32,000 nucleotides of DNA from Planctopirus limnophila DSM 3776. GTDB taxonomy: Bacteria; Planctomycetota; Planctomycetia; Planctomycetales; Planctomycetaceae. This document shows, one piece after another, positions 24,001 to 32,000 of this stretch. The stretch spans positions 3,060,001 through 3,092,000 of the forward strand of contig NC_014148.1 of assembly GCF_000092105.1 (NCBI RefSeq), in the 5' to 3' direction. The position numbers and the translations under genes are program-made. The notes under the pieces were generated by a model that did not search any database, had not been told where the DNA came from, and saw only the letters and a program-made list of their open reading frames with translations. Numbering within the stretch: the first letter of the stretch is position 1; every line of letters begins with the position of its first letter.

Positions 24001-24620
24001 AAGCTCCATTCCGTCCGATCAGCCCCGAGGCGGCACATCGTCTGGCTCAATGGTCGAATGATCGGTTTGGATCGGAACTCGAAGCCGATGATTTCGAAGA
24101 TAAAGATGTCACCAAGGCGCGCGATTATCTGATTGAGCAGTTCACCCGGCGCTATCGACCGGAACTGCATACTGCTGAGCGGATGCTCATTCTGGAATGC
24201 CTCGACGGGGCCTGGAAAGATCATCTGTATTACATGGATCACTTGCGATCGAACATCGGACTGGTGGGTTATGCCCAGAAAGATCCGAAGGTCGAGTACC
24301 GCCGCGAGGGGATGCGCGCCTTCGAGCAGATGTGGGATCGAATTGGCGATCAGGTGACGGGTGCCATTTTCCGCATTGAGGATGTCAGCCCGGACTTCGT
24401 TGGCTCTTTGTGGAGTGTGACTTCAGAAACGCATGCCGCTCCGGGATCTGTGGCTGATCTGTCGGAGGACGGTAGCTCCAACATGGTGGCTCACCGCGGT
24501 GAAGGTGCCAATGGCAGCCCGGTGGTAGAAACCATTCGCAACAGCAGCCAGCGTGTGGGGCGTAACGACCCCTGCCCTTGTGGCAGTGGTAAGAAGTTCA
24601 AGAAGTGCTGTGGTCAATAA
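21018..24620 (+). CDS. secA: preprotein translocase ATPase SecA (long form, ~1200 aa)
   Basis: Track ORF 20937..24620 (TTG 20937, ATG 20940). ATG 21018 places the conserved [10 protein letters not shown] box ~25 aa from the N-terminus, so I prefer it. Motor motifs are [45 protein letters not shown] and [41 protein letters not shown]. The C-terminal zinc finger is [14 protein letters not shown]. Confidence 0.93.
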   Translation: [1200 protein letters not shown]

Positions 24621-24900
24621 GGGCTTAGTCCTCGTGCCTGAGCCGTCAGTCAAGAGACAATTCGTATGGATTGAGGGATTCACTGCACAATAAGCCATCA
24701 AAATCGAAACCATCAAAATTGGCAGAATCGCTCAGGCTTCGAGTAAGGCAGAAAAATTCGGATCGGCTATCATTCTCACACGCTGCTCAACCTGTGGGCT
24801 CACCAGAAACTGCTCACAGCAGCCTGCTGGAAGACGAGGTAACTGCCAGCGAACAGAGAATCGACCCCATTGATTGCGAGAACGACTGGACAATTCGGGT

Positions 24901-27900
24901 ATGCAGACGCTCTCGGAGGCTAATTCCAACCTACGGACTGATGAATCGACGGAATCTCCCCGCCCCGCCGACCTGCATGATCGTCTTTCGTCCATCAGCT
25001 TCGTCAGTCTTCTGGCCGTTCAGTTTTTGACGGTGCTGAATGATCATACATTCCGCTGGCTGGTGGTTCCTCTGGCCAAACGCCTTTTCCGCCATACACC
25101 CGGGAAAGTTTCTCTGGCAGAAGATGCTTCGATGCTGGCTCTCGGGCTGGCCGCCTTCACGTTGCCATTTCTCTTTCTGGCAGCGCCGGCGGGTTATCTC
25201 GCAGACCGCTTCAGCAAGGCCAAGGTCATTACCTGGTGCAAGCTGGCGGAAATTCTCATCATGCTGGCGGGCTTTGCGGCTTTGGGCTTCAGCAACATCC
25301 CACTGCTTTTCATCGTGGTGGCACTTACGGGTGTGATGAATGCCCTGTTTGCTCCAGCGAGGCAAGGGAGCATCCCGGAACTTGTCCACGATGGTTCGCT
25401 CTCGCGTGCCAACGGGTTGATGGGGCTGATGAACGTTGTCCCCTGTGCGCTGGGTTTTCTTTTAGGAAACCTGCTGGCGACACTCGCTCAACCGGGCGAA
25501 AGTGACTCCATTTCGTGGCAATCGCTCAGTACGGCGTTTGTGGTGATCATGTCGATTGCCGTGCTGGGCTGGGTAGTCAGCCTGGGGATTCGCAGGGTGC
25601 CGGCTGGTGATCCGGAGTGCCGCTTTCCGTGGAATTTTCCAGTCGATACCTGGCAAAGCCTGAAGCTCCTTTCGAGTGATGTTTTTCTCGCCCGGACAGC
25701 GTTAGGTATTGCCTTCTTCTGGCTGCTGGCCTCGATGGCGCAACTCAACATCGACACGTTTGCCGGTCATGATCTGCAACTCAAGCAGTGGCAGGTGGGT
25801 GTTTTTGGCATGGTGCTGGTGCTGGGTGTCGGCATCGGCAGCCTGCTGGCGGGTTATCTCTCGGGTGGCCATGTCGAATTGGGATTGGTGCCAATTGGCG
25901 CCATGGGTATTGCTATCTGCTCTGTCGTGTTGTATCTCGCTGGCATTGTGAATGACGATCACCGTCTGATTGCCTTTGAACTTTCGGTGGCTGGTCTGTT
26001 TTTCCTGGGTGTATTTGCCGGGTTATTTGATGTTCCACTGGAAGCTTATTTGCAGCATCGCAGCGAGCCCAAAGTGCTGGGAAAAATTCTGGCAGCGACG
26101 AACTTTCTGGCATTCTCCGGAGCTTTGGCTGCAGCGGGGATCTTTTATTTCTTACTCGCCGTTTTGCAACTCAGCCCGGCTGCGGTATTTCTCGTCTGCG
26201 GGATTGGGACAGTCCCCGTCGCCATCTACGTCATGTTCTTGATACCAGGTGCCATGTTTCGATTTCTATTCTTTATCTTTACACATTCGTTCTATCGAAT
26301 TCGCCGCTATGGTGAAGTCAATATCCCCGAAAAAGGGGGAGCGCTGCTCGTCTCGAATCACGTCACGTGGGTCGATGGCATTCTGCTGATGACGATGACT
26401 CCACGACCTGTGCGGTTCATTGCCTATGCCGACTATGTGAATAATCCGTGGCTGAAATGGCTGGCACGAATTTTTGAGGTCATCCCCATTAAGGCGGATG
26501 GTGGGCCGAAAGCTCTCATTGAATCGTTAAGGACAGCCCGCAAAGCCATTGAAGAAGGACATGTGGTCTGTATCTTTGCCGAAGGGGGTTTGACCCGCAC
26601 CGGCCAGATGCAGCCTTTTCAACCTGGTTTTCTCAAGATCATTCAGGGGACCAATGCCCCGGTGATACCGGTCTATCTCGATGGTTTGTGGGGGAGTATT
26701 TTCAGCTTTAAGGGCGGAAAATTTTTCTGGAAATGGCCAAAGCGTCTACTCCTTCCCGTCAATATCCTCTACGGTCAGCCCATTCACGAACCCAAAACTG
26801 TTCATCAGGTTCGCTCAGCAGTCCAACTTCTGGGAGTCGAATCCGTGCAAAAGCTTAAATCGAAAGAGCCTTCCTTGCTGGCGGGATTTATCAAGACCTG
26901 CCGGAGTGCCGGTAGCCGCATTAAGGTGGCTGATTCTGGCGGCATGGAACTGACAGGGACCAAACTGCTGATTGCCACGCTGGCATTTAACCGGTTGTTC
27001 CGCCGAGAGATTCCGGGCAATGAGCAGGTGGTCGGGATCCTCCTCCCACCGACAGTGGGTGGAGTCCTCGCGAATGTGGCACTTTCCCTGGCGGGCAAAG
27101 TGACTGCTAATTTGAATTACACCCTTTCCGATGCACAGCTCAATGCGTGCCTCGAACAGGGCGATATCAAGACGGTCATTACCAGCCGCAAAGTGCTGGA
27201 GAAGAGAAACTTCCAACTCAATACGAAGTTCCTGCTCCTTGAAGACTTGAAGCCGCAGATCTCGACTTTTGACAAGTTCTGTGCTGCCCTGGCTGCTTAC
27301 ACCATGCCAGCTTCGTTATTGCTGACCTGGCTGGGCCGCCCCACCCGCGGCACTGATGAACTCCTGACGTTGATCTTTACTTCAGGATCGACTGGCCAGC
27401 CGAAAGGGGTGATGCTCACCCACAACAATCTGAAGATCACTATCGACGCCGCCGACCATATTGCCCGGCTTGAAGCCGATGATACGGTTCTGGGAGTGCT
27501 GCCCTTTTTCCATAGTCTCGGGTACAGCATTACCTTATGGTTGCCCCTGTGCCTTCCGCCGCGTGTGGTGTATCACGTCAATCCGCTCGATGCGCGCGTG
27601 GTCGGGCAGCTCGCTGAAAAATATGGCGCCACGATTCTGCTGGCCACGCCCACCTTTTTGCGGTCGTACCTCAAACGTTGTGAACCGGCACAGTTCTCCA
27701 AACTCGACCTGGTGGTGGTGGGAGCAGAAAAGCTTCCGAATGAACTGGCGAACGAGTTCAAGGAGAAGTTTGGCGTCTTACCTTCAGAAGGTTATGGCGC
27801 GACAGAAACCACGGGCCCGGCATTCGTCAACGTGCCTGATCATCGTTGCGAGTTGACCTCGCAAAAGGGAACCAAGCTGGGAACCGTGGGCCGACCATTG

Positions 27901-28458
27901 CCAGGCTTTGCCGTGCGAATTCTGGATCCGGAGAATGGTCAGGAAGTGGGTGTGAACATCCAGGGGCGCGTCCAGCTCAAGGGTGGCAACGTGATGGCGG
28001 GCTACTGGAAGAATCCCGAGAAGACCAGCGAAGTTCTGCAGGATGGCTGGTATGACACGGGCGATCTGGGAGTGCTGGACGACGAGGGTTTTCTGACGAT
28101 TACGGGCCGCCTTTCGCGATTTTCGAAGGTCGGTGGCGAGATGGTGCCGCACCTCCGCGTGGAAGAGCTGCTGCTGGAAATCGTCAAGACCTCGGACGAT
28201 GAAGGAGCCCTGCCCCTGGCGGTGACGGCTGTTCCTGACGCACAGCGTGGAGAACGGCTGGTTGTGGTGCATCGTCCTTTGGCTCAGCCGGTTGCCGAAA
28301 TACTGCGTAAACTGGGCGAAACAGGGATTCCCAACCTCTGGATTCCTGGGTCTGACAGCTTTATCGAAGTCGAAGCTGTCCCGATTCTGGGGACTGGCAA
28401 GCTCGATCTGAAGGGGATTAAAGACTGTGCACTGGCTCGCTTCGGCCCCAAGGCATAG
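24901..28458 (+). CDS. tripartite fusion: MFS lysophospholipid transporter (LplT-like) + PlsC-type acyltransferase + acyl-ACP synthetase/AMP-binding domain (Aas-like)
   Basis: Track ORF 24874..28458 (TTG); ATG at 24901. Residues ~40-470 form ~12 hydrophobic helices with the MFS loop GYLADRFSKAKV. Residues ~480-650 carry the acyltransferase HX4D box SNHVTWVDG and FAEGGLTRTG. Residues ~670-1194 carry adenylate-forming motifs LIFTSGSTGQPKGVMLTH, EGYGATETTG and YDTGDLGVLDDEGFLTITGRLSRFSKVGGEMV. Confidence 0.85.
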   Translation: MQTLSEANSNLRTDESTESPRPADLHDRLSSISFVSLLAVQFLTVLNDHTFRWLVVPLAKRLFRHTPGKVSLAEDASMLALGLAAFTLPFLFLAAPAGYLADRFSKAKVITWCKLAEILIMLAGFAALGFSNIPLLFIVVALTGVMNALFAPARQGSIPELVHDGSLSRANGLMGLMNVVPCALGFLLGNLLATLAQPGESDSISWQSLSTAFVVIMSIAVLGWVVSLGIRRVPAGDPECRFPWNFPVDTWQSLKLLSSDVFLARTALGIAFFWLLASMAQLNIDTFAGHDLQLKQWQVGVFGMVLVLGVGIGSLLAGYLSGGHVELGLVPIGAMGIAICSVVLYLAGIVNDDHRLIAFELSVAGLFFLGVFAGLFDVPLEAYLQHRSEPKVLGKILAATNFLAFSGALAAAGIFYFLLAVLQLSPAAVFLVCGIGTVPVAIYVMFLIPGAMFRFLFFIFTHSFYRIRRYGEVNIPEKGGALLVSNHVTWVDGILLMTMTPRPVRFIAYADYVNNPWLKWLARIFEVIPIKADGGPKALIESLRTARKAIEEGHVVCIFAEGGLTRTGQMQPFQPGFLKIIQGTNAPVIPVYLDGLWGSIFSFKGGKFFWKWPKRLLLPVNILYGQPIHEPKTVHQVRSAVQLLGVESVQKLKSKEPSLLAGFIKTCRSAGSRIKVADSGGMELTGTKLLIATLAFNRLFRREIPGNEQVVGILLPPTVGGVLANVALSLAGKVTANLNYTLSDAQLNACLEQGDIKTVITSRKVLEKRNFQLNTKFLLLEDLKPQISTFDKFCAALAAYTMPASLLLTWLGRPTRGTDELLTLIFTSGSTGQPKGVMLTHNNLKITIDAADHIARLEADDTVLGVLPFFHSLGYSITLWLPLCLPPRVVYHVNPLDARVVGQLAEKYGATILLATPTFLRSYLKRCEPAQFSKLDLVVVGAEKLPNELANEFKEKFGVLPSEGYGATETTGPAFVNVPDHRCELTSQKGTKLGTVGRPLPGFAVRILDPENGQEVGVNIQGRVQLKGGNVMAGYWKNPEKTSEVLQDGWYDTGDLGVLDDEGFLTITGRLSRFSKVGGEMVPHLRVEELLLEIVKTSDDEGALPLAVTAVPDAQRGERLVVVHRPLAQPVAEILRKLGETGIPNLWIPGSDSFIEVEAVPILGTGKLDLKGIKDCALARFGPKA

Positions 28459-28714
28459 TGCAATGCGCTCATGAGCATGCGCATCTGGACATGATCAATG
28501 CCAGCAGAAGAACCCGAGCGGCAAAAGTTGCCGAAACTTCACCCAATCCGGATAACCCGCACAGTTGCAAGGGGAGTGATCAACGACTAACATTCTTCAA
28601 GTCGTTACGAACCTGACGCCGATGTAGTGTGTCAGAGGAAATGACGAACGCGATTCGCTGGAAACGGTGAATTGAATCCATCAAGTCACTGACCCAGTGT
28701 GACTATGGAAACAT

Positions 28715-28787
<73 letters not shown>

Positions 28788-28791
28788 CTTG

Positions 28792-28827
28792 AAAGGCCCT
28801 TAAACCAACAGGTTTAAGGGCCTTTTT
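28792..28827. terminator. intrinsic terminator after tRNA-Ala, possibly bidirectional
   Basis: A perfect 15-bp stem AAAGGCCCTTAAACC (28792-28806) / GGTTTAAGGGCCTTT (28811-28825) encloses the loop AACA and runs into TTTTT. On the opposite strand the same hairpin lies ~155 nt after the TolC-family stop and is followed by TTT. Confidence 0.75.
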
Positions 28828-28980
28828 CGTTTGCAGCTTCTCAGCCCACTCACGATTTGTTGAGCGGCGGCTCAATTCGCAAGGGCTTGGGTGAAGGTCT
28901 GTTCCAGACTTGTACTTTCGAGGGCGGCCTCGACTGCGCTGGATACGCCCAAGCCTGTTGCAGGTCTGATACAAGCTCAA

Positions 28981-30510
28981 TCAGGCGGCAAGGAACCAGC
29001 CGGTGGCGTGGCAGAGCTGGAACTGGGATTGGTTGTAGTCGACGACTGCGTTGAGAAAGGTGCGCTGGGCCACGCGGAGAGCCTGGATCGACTGCAACAC
29101 TTCGATCGGCAAGCCTTGAGCATTGCGGATCCGGTCGAGGTTGAGATCAAACGAACGCCTCGCGGCAATCACACCCAGACGACAGATCTCAATGCGCTCG
29201 CGGCGTTTGATCACCTGCGTGTGAGCGTCAACAACTTCCCTGGCGACAGTATCCATCAGAGACACGTTGCGCCATTGGGCCTGACGAACTGCAGACGATG
29301 TCTGTTCGCGGGCGGCTTTCTCCCCGAAGCCCAGATTGCGGACTTCCCAGTAAGCCATGGCATCGGCATCGAGGCGGCCGTTGCTGTTGGTGATATCACT
29401 GCCAAAGCCGCCACCAAAGCCGCCGTAGCTGACGCCGAGCAACACACTGGGGATCAGCGGGGCATAGCGTTCCCGCTTCATGCGTTCGATGGCTTCACAA
29501 ACGAGCTGCTGCTGCTCAGCAAGTTCCGGCCTGCGGGAAAGACCAGTGGCGACGTACTCCCCCGCTGTTCCCTGCACAGTCAGGATTTCCAACGGAATCA
29601 CCACGGGTTCTCCGCTGGTAATCGTCATCGAAGGATCGGTATGCAATAGAGCGGCCAGCCGTGCGGATGCAGTGACCACCGCCTCTTCGCTCTGGACGAC
29701 TTCATCTCGTCTGACGGCGACCTCTGCCAAAACTCGCTCGTTATCGGATTGCAGGCCCTGACCTGTCCGGGCGTATGCGGTCGTCACTGAAGAAAGCTCT
29801 TCTGTGTGGAAGAGCGCCTGCTGGGCAATGGCCCGATCCTGTTCGGCTCGCACAAGCTCCAGATAGGCGAAAGCGGCATCACGCAACGAGTCGTTGCGGG
29901 TGGCTGCCGCGCCATATTGCCGGGAACTGGCCTGATGAGTGGCAATGCGTGGCTGGAAAATGGCATCAGTCAAATGAAATTGAGCCAAAAGGCCTGGTGC
30001 TATGGGCGAACCGGCACCCACTGCTCCGGCCCCCATGCCGCCATAGAATGAACTGCGGCTGGTGTTGAAGACTCGCCCGGCGACATCCTGGATCGCCCCG
30101 TCATGATGATTGTAATTCAACCCCGAGCGAATCGATGGGAGCCACAAGGTATCGGCCTGTTCGACACGGGCATAAGCCTCGTTGATTCGCTCCCGTGCCA
30201 ACGCGATGTTCGGGTTCTGAACATCGGCGAGGTAGAGAATGTTCCCCAGGCTCAACTGATATGCACTCGCTGAAGGCGCTGTATTGAAACGTCCCGCCTG
30301 TTCCTCAGTCGCGAGCGTGGCATCGTTGTAGCCGGGCGGGATTTCATCGACGGAAGTTTTTTCACTGGAGGCGAGTGTCACATAGGTGGTATCGCTGATT
30401 GGTTCGTCGCTGAGTGGTTCGCTGCTCTCAATGCCTTCGCTTATTGATGCAGCGGCGGCGGAAGATTCCTGTGGTGGCTGTCGATTCTCGAATCTGTCCT
30501 CAACGGCCAA
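28981..30510 (-). CDS. TolC-family outer membrane efflux protein
   Basis: The 509-aa product has a TTG start. It shows two OEP-type helical repeats, for example LSLGNILYLADVQNPNIALARERINEAYARVEQADTLWLPSI and LRDAAFAYLELVRAEQDRAIAQQAL. The typical C-terminal end is AQRTFLNAVVDYNQSQFQLCHATGW. The N-terminal ~85 aa are acidic and Ser-rich without a hydrophobic signal segment. Confidence 0.75.
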   Translation of the reverse strand: MAVEDRFENRQPPQESSAAAASISEGIESSEPLSDEPISDTTYVTLASSEKTSVDEIPPGYNDATLATEEQAGRFNTAPSASAYQLSLGNILYLADVQNPNIALARERINEAYARVEQADTLWLPSIRSGLNYNHHDGAIQDVAGRVFNTSRSSFYGGMGAGAVGAGSPIAPGLLAQFHLTDAIFQPRIATHQASSRQYGAAATRNDSLRDAAFAYLELVRAEQDRAIAQQALFHTEELSSVTTAYARTGQGLQSDNERVLAEVAVRRDEVVQSEEAVVTASARLAALLHTDPSMTITSGEPVVIPLEILTVQGTAGEYVATGLSRRPELAEQQQLVCEAIERMKRERYAPLIPSVLLGVSYGGFGGGFGSDITNSNGRLDADAMAYWEVRNLGFGEKAAREQTSSAVRQAQWRNVSLMDTVAREVVDAHTQVIKRRERIEICRLGVIAARRSFDLNLDRIRNAQGLPIEVLQSIQALRVAQRTFLNAVVDYNQSQFQLCHATGWFLAA

Positions 30511-30699
30511 AAGATCACTCGCTACATGGCCAGTTCCTTGGCCTGTATTATCAGAAATTGCAAACCCTTTGAAAAAGTGATGTTGCCCTGAGTATGGGGT
30601 TCGAACAGGCTGCGGAACAAAGTTCTCGACAATCAGAGTTGGCCGACGTCGTCCTCCTTTGATTCGCTCGTATGAGACGAATTGATTTTGAGGAATTCG

Positions 30700-32000
30700 A
30701 TGATGGCTTCTCGATTTTGGCTGACATGCCTCTTCATTGCCGGATTCTGCTTATCCGCGTCCGCCGCAGACAAGCCAAATATTCTCGTGATCATGGCGGA
30801 CGACGTCGGATGGATGAACGTCTCTTCCTACGGCGGCGACATCATGGGTATTCGCACGCCGAACATAGACCGCATCGGCCAGGAGGGCATTCGCTTCACG
30901 TCGTTCTATGCGCAACCAAGTTGTACAGCCGGACGAGCGGCATTCCTGACCGGCCAGCTTCCTGTGCGGACTGGATTGACAACCGTCGGCACACCCGGTT
31001 CCCCGGCCGGATTGCAAAAGGAAGACATCACGCTCGCGGAGATTCTCAAGACGAAGGGCTATTCGACTGCCCAGTTCGGCAAGAATCACCTCGGTGACCT
31101 CGAAGAGCATCTGCCACACCGGCACGGCTTCGACGAGTACTTCGGCAACCTTTACCATCTCAACGGCAATGAGGATCTGGAAGATCCGGACCGGCCGACC
31201 GATCCCGAGTTCCGCAAGAAGTTCGATCCGCGCGGAGTCGTTTCCGGCACGGCCGATGGCCCGACGAAGGATGAGGGTCCATTGACGACCAAGCGGATGG
31301 AAACCTTTGACGATGAGATCGTCGCCAAATCACTCGATTTTCTCGACCGCAAGGCCAAGGATCAGAAACCATTTTTCCTCTGGCACTGCTCCGCCCGCCT
31401 GCATGTGTTCTTTCACTTCAAAGAAGGCGTTCGCGGGAAGTCGCGAGCCGGTCGCGAAGATGTTTACGGCGATGCTCTTGCCGAACACGACGGCCATATC
31501 GGTCAACTTCTGGCGAAGCTGGAGGCCACAGGCCTCGATAAGAACACCATCGTCGTTTATGTGACCGATAACGGGGCCTATCAATACATGTGGCCCGAAG
31601 GCGGCACCAGTCCTTTCCGCGGCGATAAGGGGACGACTTGGGAGGGCGGCGTTCGCGCCCCGTGCATGGTCCGCTGGCCCGGAGCGGTCGGTGGTCGCGT
31701 TAGCAGCGAGATCGTGGACATGACGGATCTCTTGCCCACACTGGCATCTGCCGCTGGCGAGACTGACGCCGTCGAAAAGCTGAAAAAGGGTGCCGACTAC
31801 GGCGGCAAGAACTACAAGGTGCATCTCGATGGCTACGATCAGACGGCCCTCTTTACCGGCAAGAGCGACAAGTCCGCTCGCAAATTCGTCTTCTACTACG
31901 ACGAGACCGTGCTCACAGCCATCCGCTACGAATCATTCAAGGTTACCTTTTCCATCAAGGAGGGCGGACATTGGGATGACCCGCTGGTCGGCCTCGGCCG
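30700..32000 (+). CDS. arylsulfatase (formylglycine-dependent sulfatase family), 3' end beyond the window
   Basis: This ORF is not in the track because it has no stop inside the window. ATG ATG at 30700/30703 gives MMASRFWLTCLFIAGFCLSASAADKPNILVIMADDVGW. The active-site box is SCTAGRAAFLTG (the C-x-A-x-R variant of C-x-P-x-R). Further motifs are GKNHLGD, VTDNGA and GDKGTTWEGGVRAPCMVRWPG. I translated 30700-32000 by hand and found no stop. Track ORF 30672..31097 is in the wrong frame. Confidence 0.88.
   Translation, partial: MMASRFWLTCLFIAGFCLSASAADKPNILVIMADDVGWMNVSSYGGDIMGIRTPNIDRIGQEGIRFTSFYAQPSCTAGRAAFLTGQLPVRTGLTTVGTPGSPAGLQKEDITLAEILKTKGYSTAQFGKNHLGDLEEHLPHRHGFDEYFGNLYHLNGNEDLEDPDRPTDPEFRKKFDPRGVVSGTADGPTKDEGPLTTKRMETFDDEIVAKSLDFLDRKAKDQKPFFLWHCSARLHVFFHFKEGVRGKSRAGREDVYGDALAEHDGHIGQLLAKLEATGLDKNTIVVYVTDNGAYQYMWPEGGTSPFRGDKGTTWEGGVRAPCMVRWPGAVGGRVSSEIVDMTDLLPTLASAAGETDAVEKLKKGADYGGKNYKVHLDGYDQTALFTGKSDKSARKFVFYYDETVLTAIRYESFKVTFSIKEGGHWDDPLVGLG

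Noticed and set aside
28459-28714. Promoter for tRNA-Ala (TTGAAT at 28672-28677) and small palindromes (GCTCATGAGC near 28468-28477)
   Set aside because: No acceptable -10 hexamer lies 16-18 nt downstream of the TTGAAT. The palindromes are short with no U-tract. I cannot support a call.
28891-29649. 252-aa plus-strand ORF opposite the TolC-family gene
   Set aside because: It is a shadow ORF. The minus-strand product has clear OEP repeats, while the plus-strand product is featureless and begins inside the tRNA/terminator-proximal spacer.
30672-31097. Track ORF 30672..31097 (+) and the antisense ORFs 30751..31158 (-) and 31330..31824 (-)
   Set aside because: All overlap the sulfatase reading frame that starts at 30700 and stays open to the window end. 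Only that frame gives sulfatase motifs (ADDVGW, CTAGR, DNGA, GGVRAP).

Overview
This window reads as a chromosomal, largely housekeeping stretch of a diderm bacterium, roughly mid-50s % GC by eye. The gene mix looks like Planctomycetota: a tandem-DUF1080 lipoprotein, a secreted TPR protein, a sulfatase, over-long SecA and BamA, an LplT-PlsC-Aas fusion, and little Shine-Dalgarno signal. That assignment is inference only. I support 17 protein genes (two cut by the window edges), one tRNA-Ala(GGC), two intrinsic terminators, one programmed +1 frameshift (prfB) and three families of short non-coding repeats. Envelope biogenesis dominates: lpxD-lpxI, waaA, bamA, a TolC-family protein, secA and a lysophospholipid transporter/re-acylation fusion. 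I see no transposase, integrase, reverse transcriptase, CRISPR array, toxin-antitoxin pair or recognisable defence gene, so I do not think the window holds an obvious mobile or defence island. The least explained part is 8.5-14.0 kb. It holds an AddB-type Fe-S nuclease with no AddA partner beside it, a 299-aa protein with receiver-like remnants, and a 322-aa protein with five copies of an LSPIEMIRAQQA peptide under protein-level selection. Other second-look items are a 25-bp perfect inverted repeat at 4.4 kb, dispersed 44-nt and 30-nt repeats, and a five-fold repeat expansion inside SecA. There is also a ~190-aa disordered insert in BamA, a CLC-F type channel with no visible fluoride riboswitch, and a sulfatase with shifted codon usage. 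All functional calls come from motif recognition by eye; none was verified by a database search.
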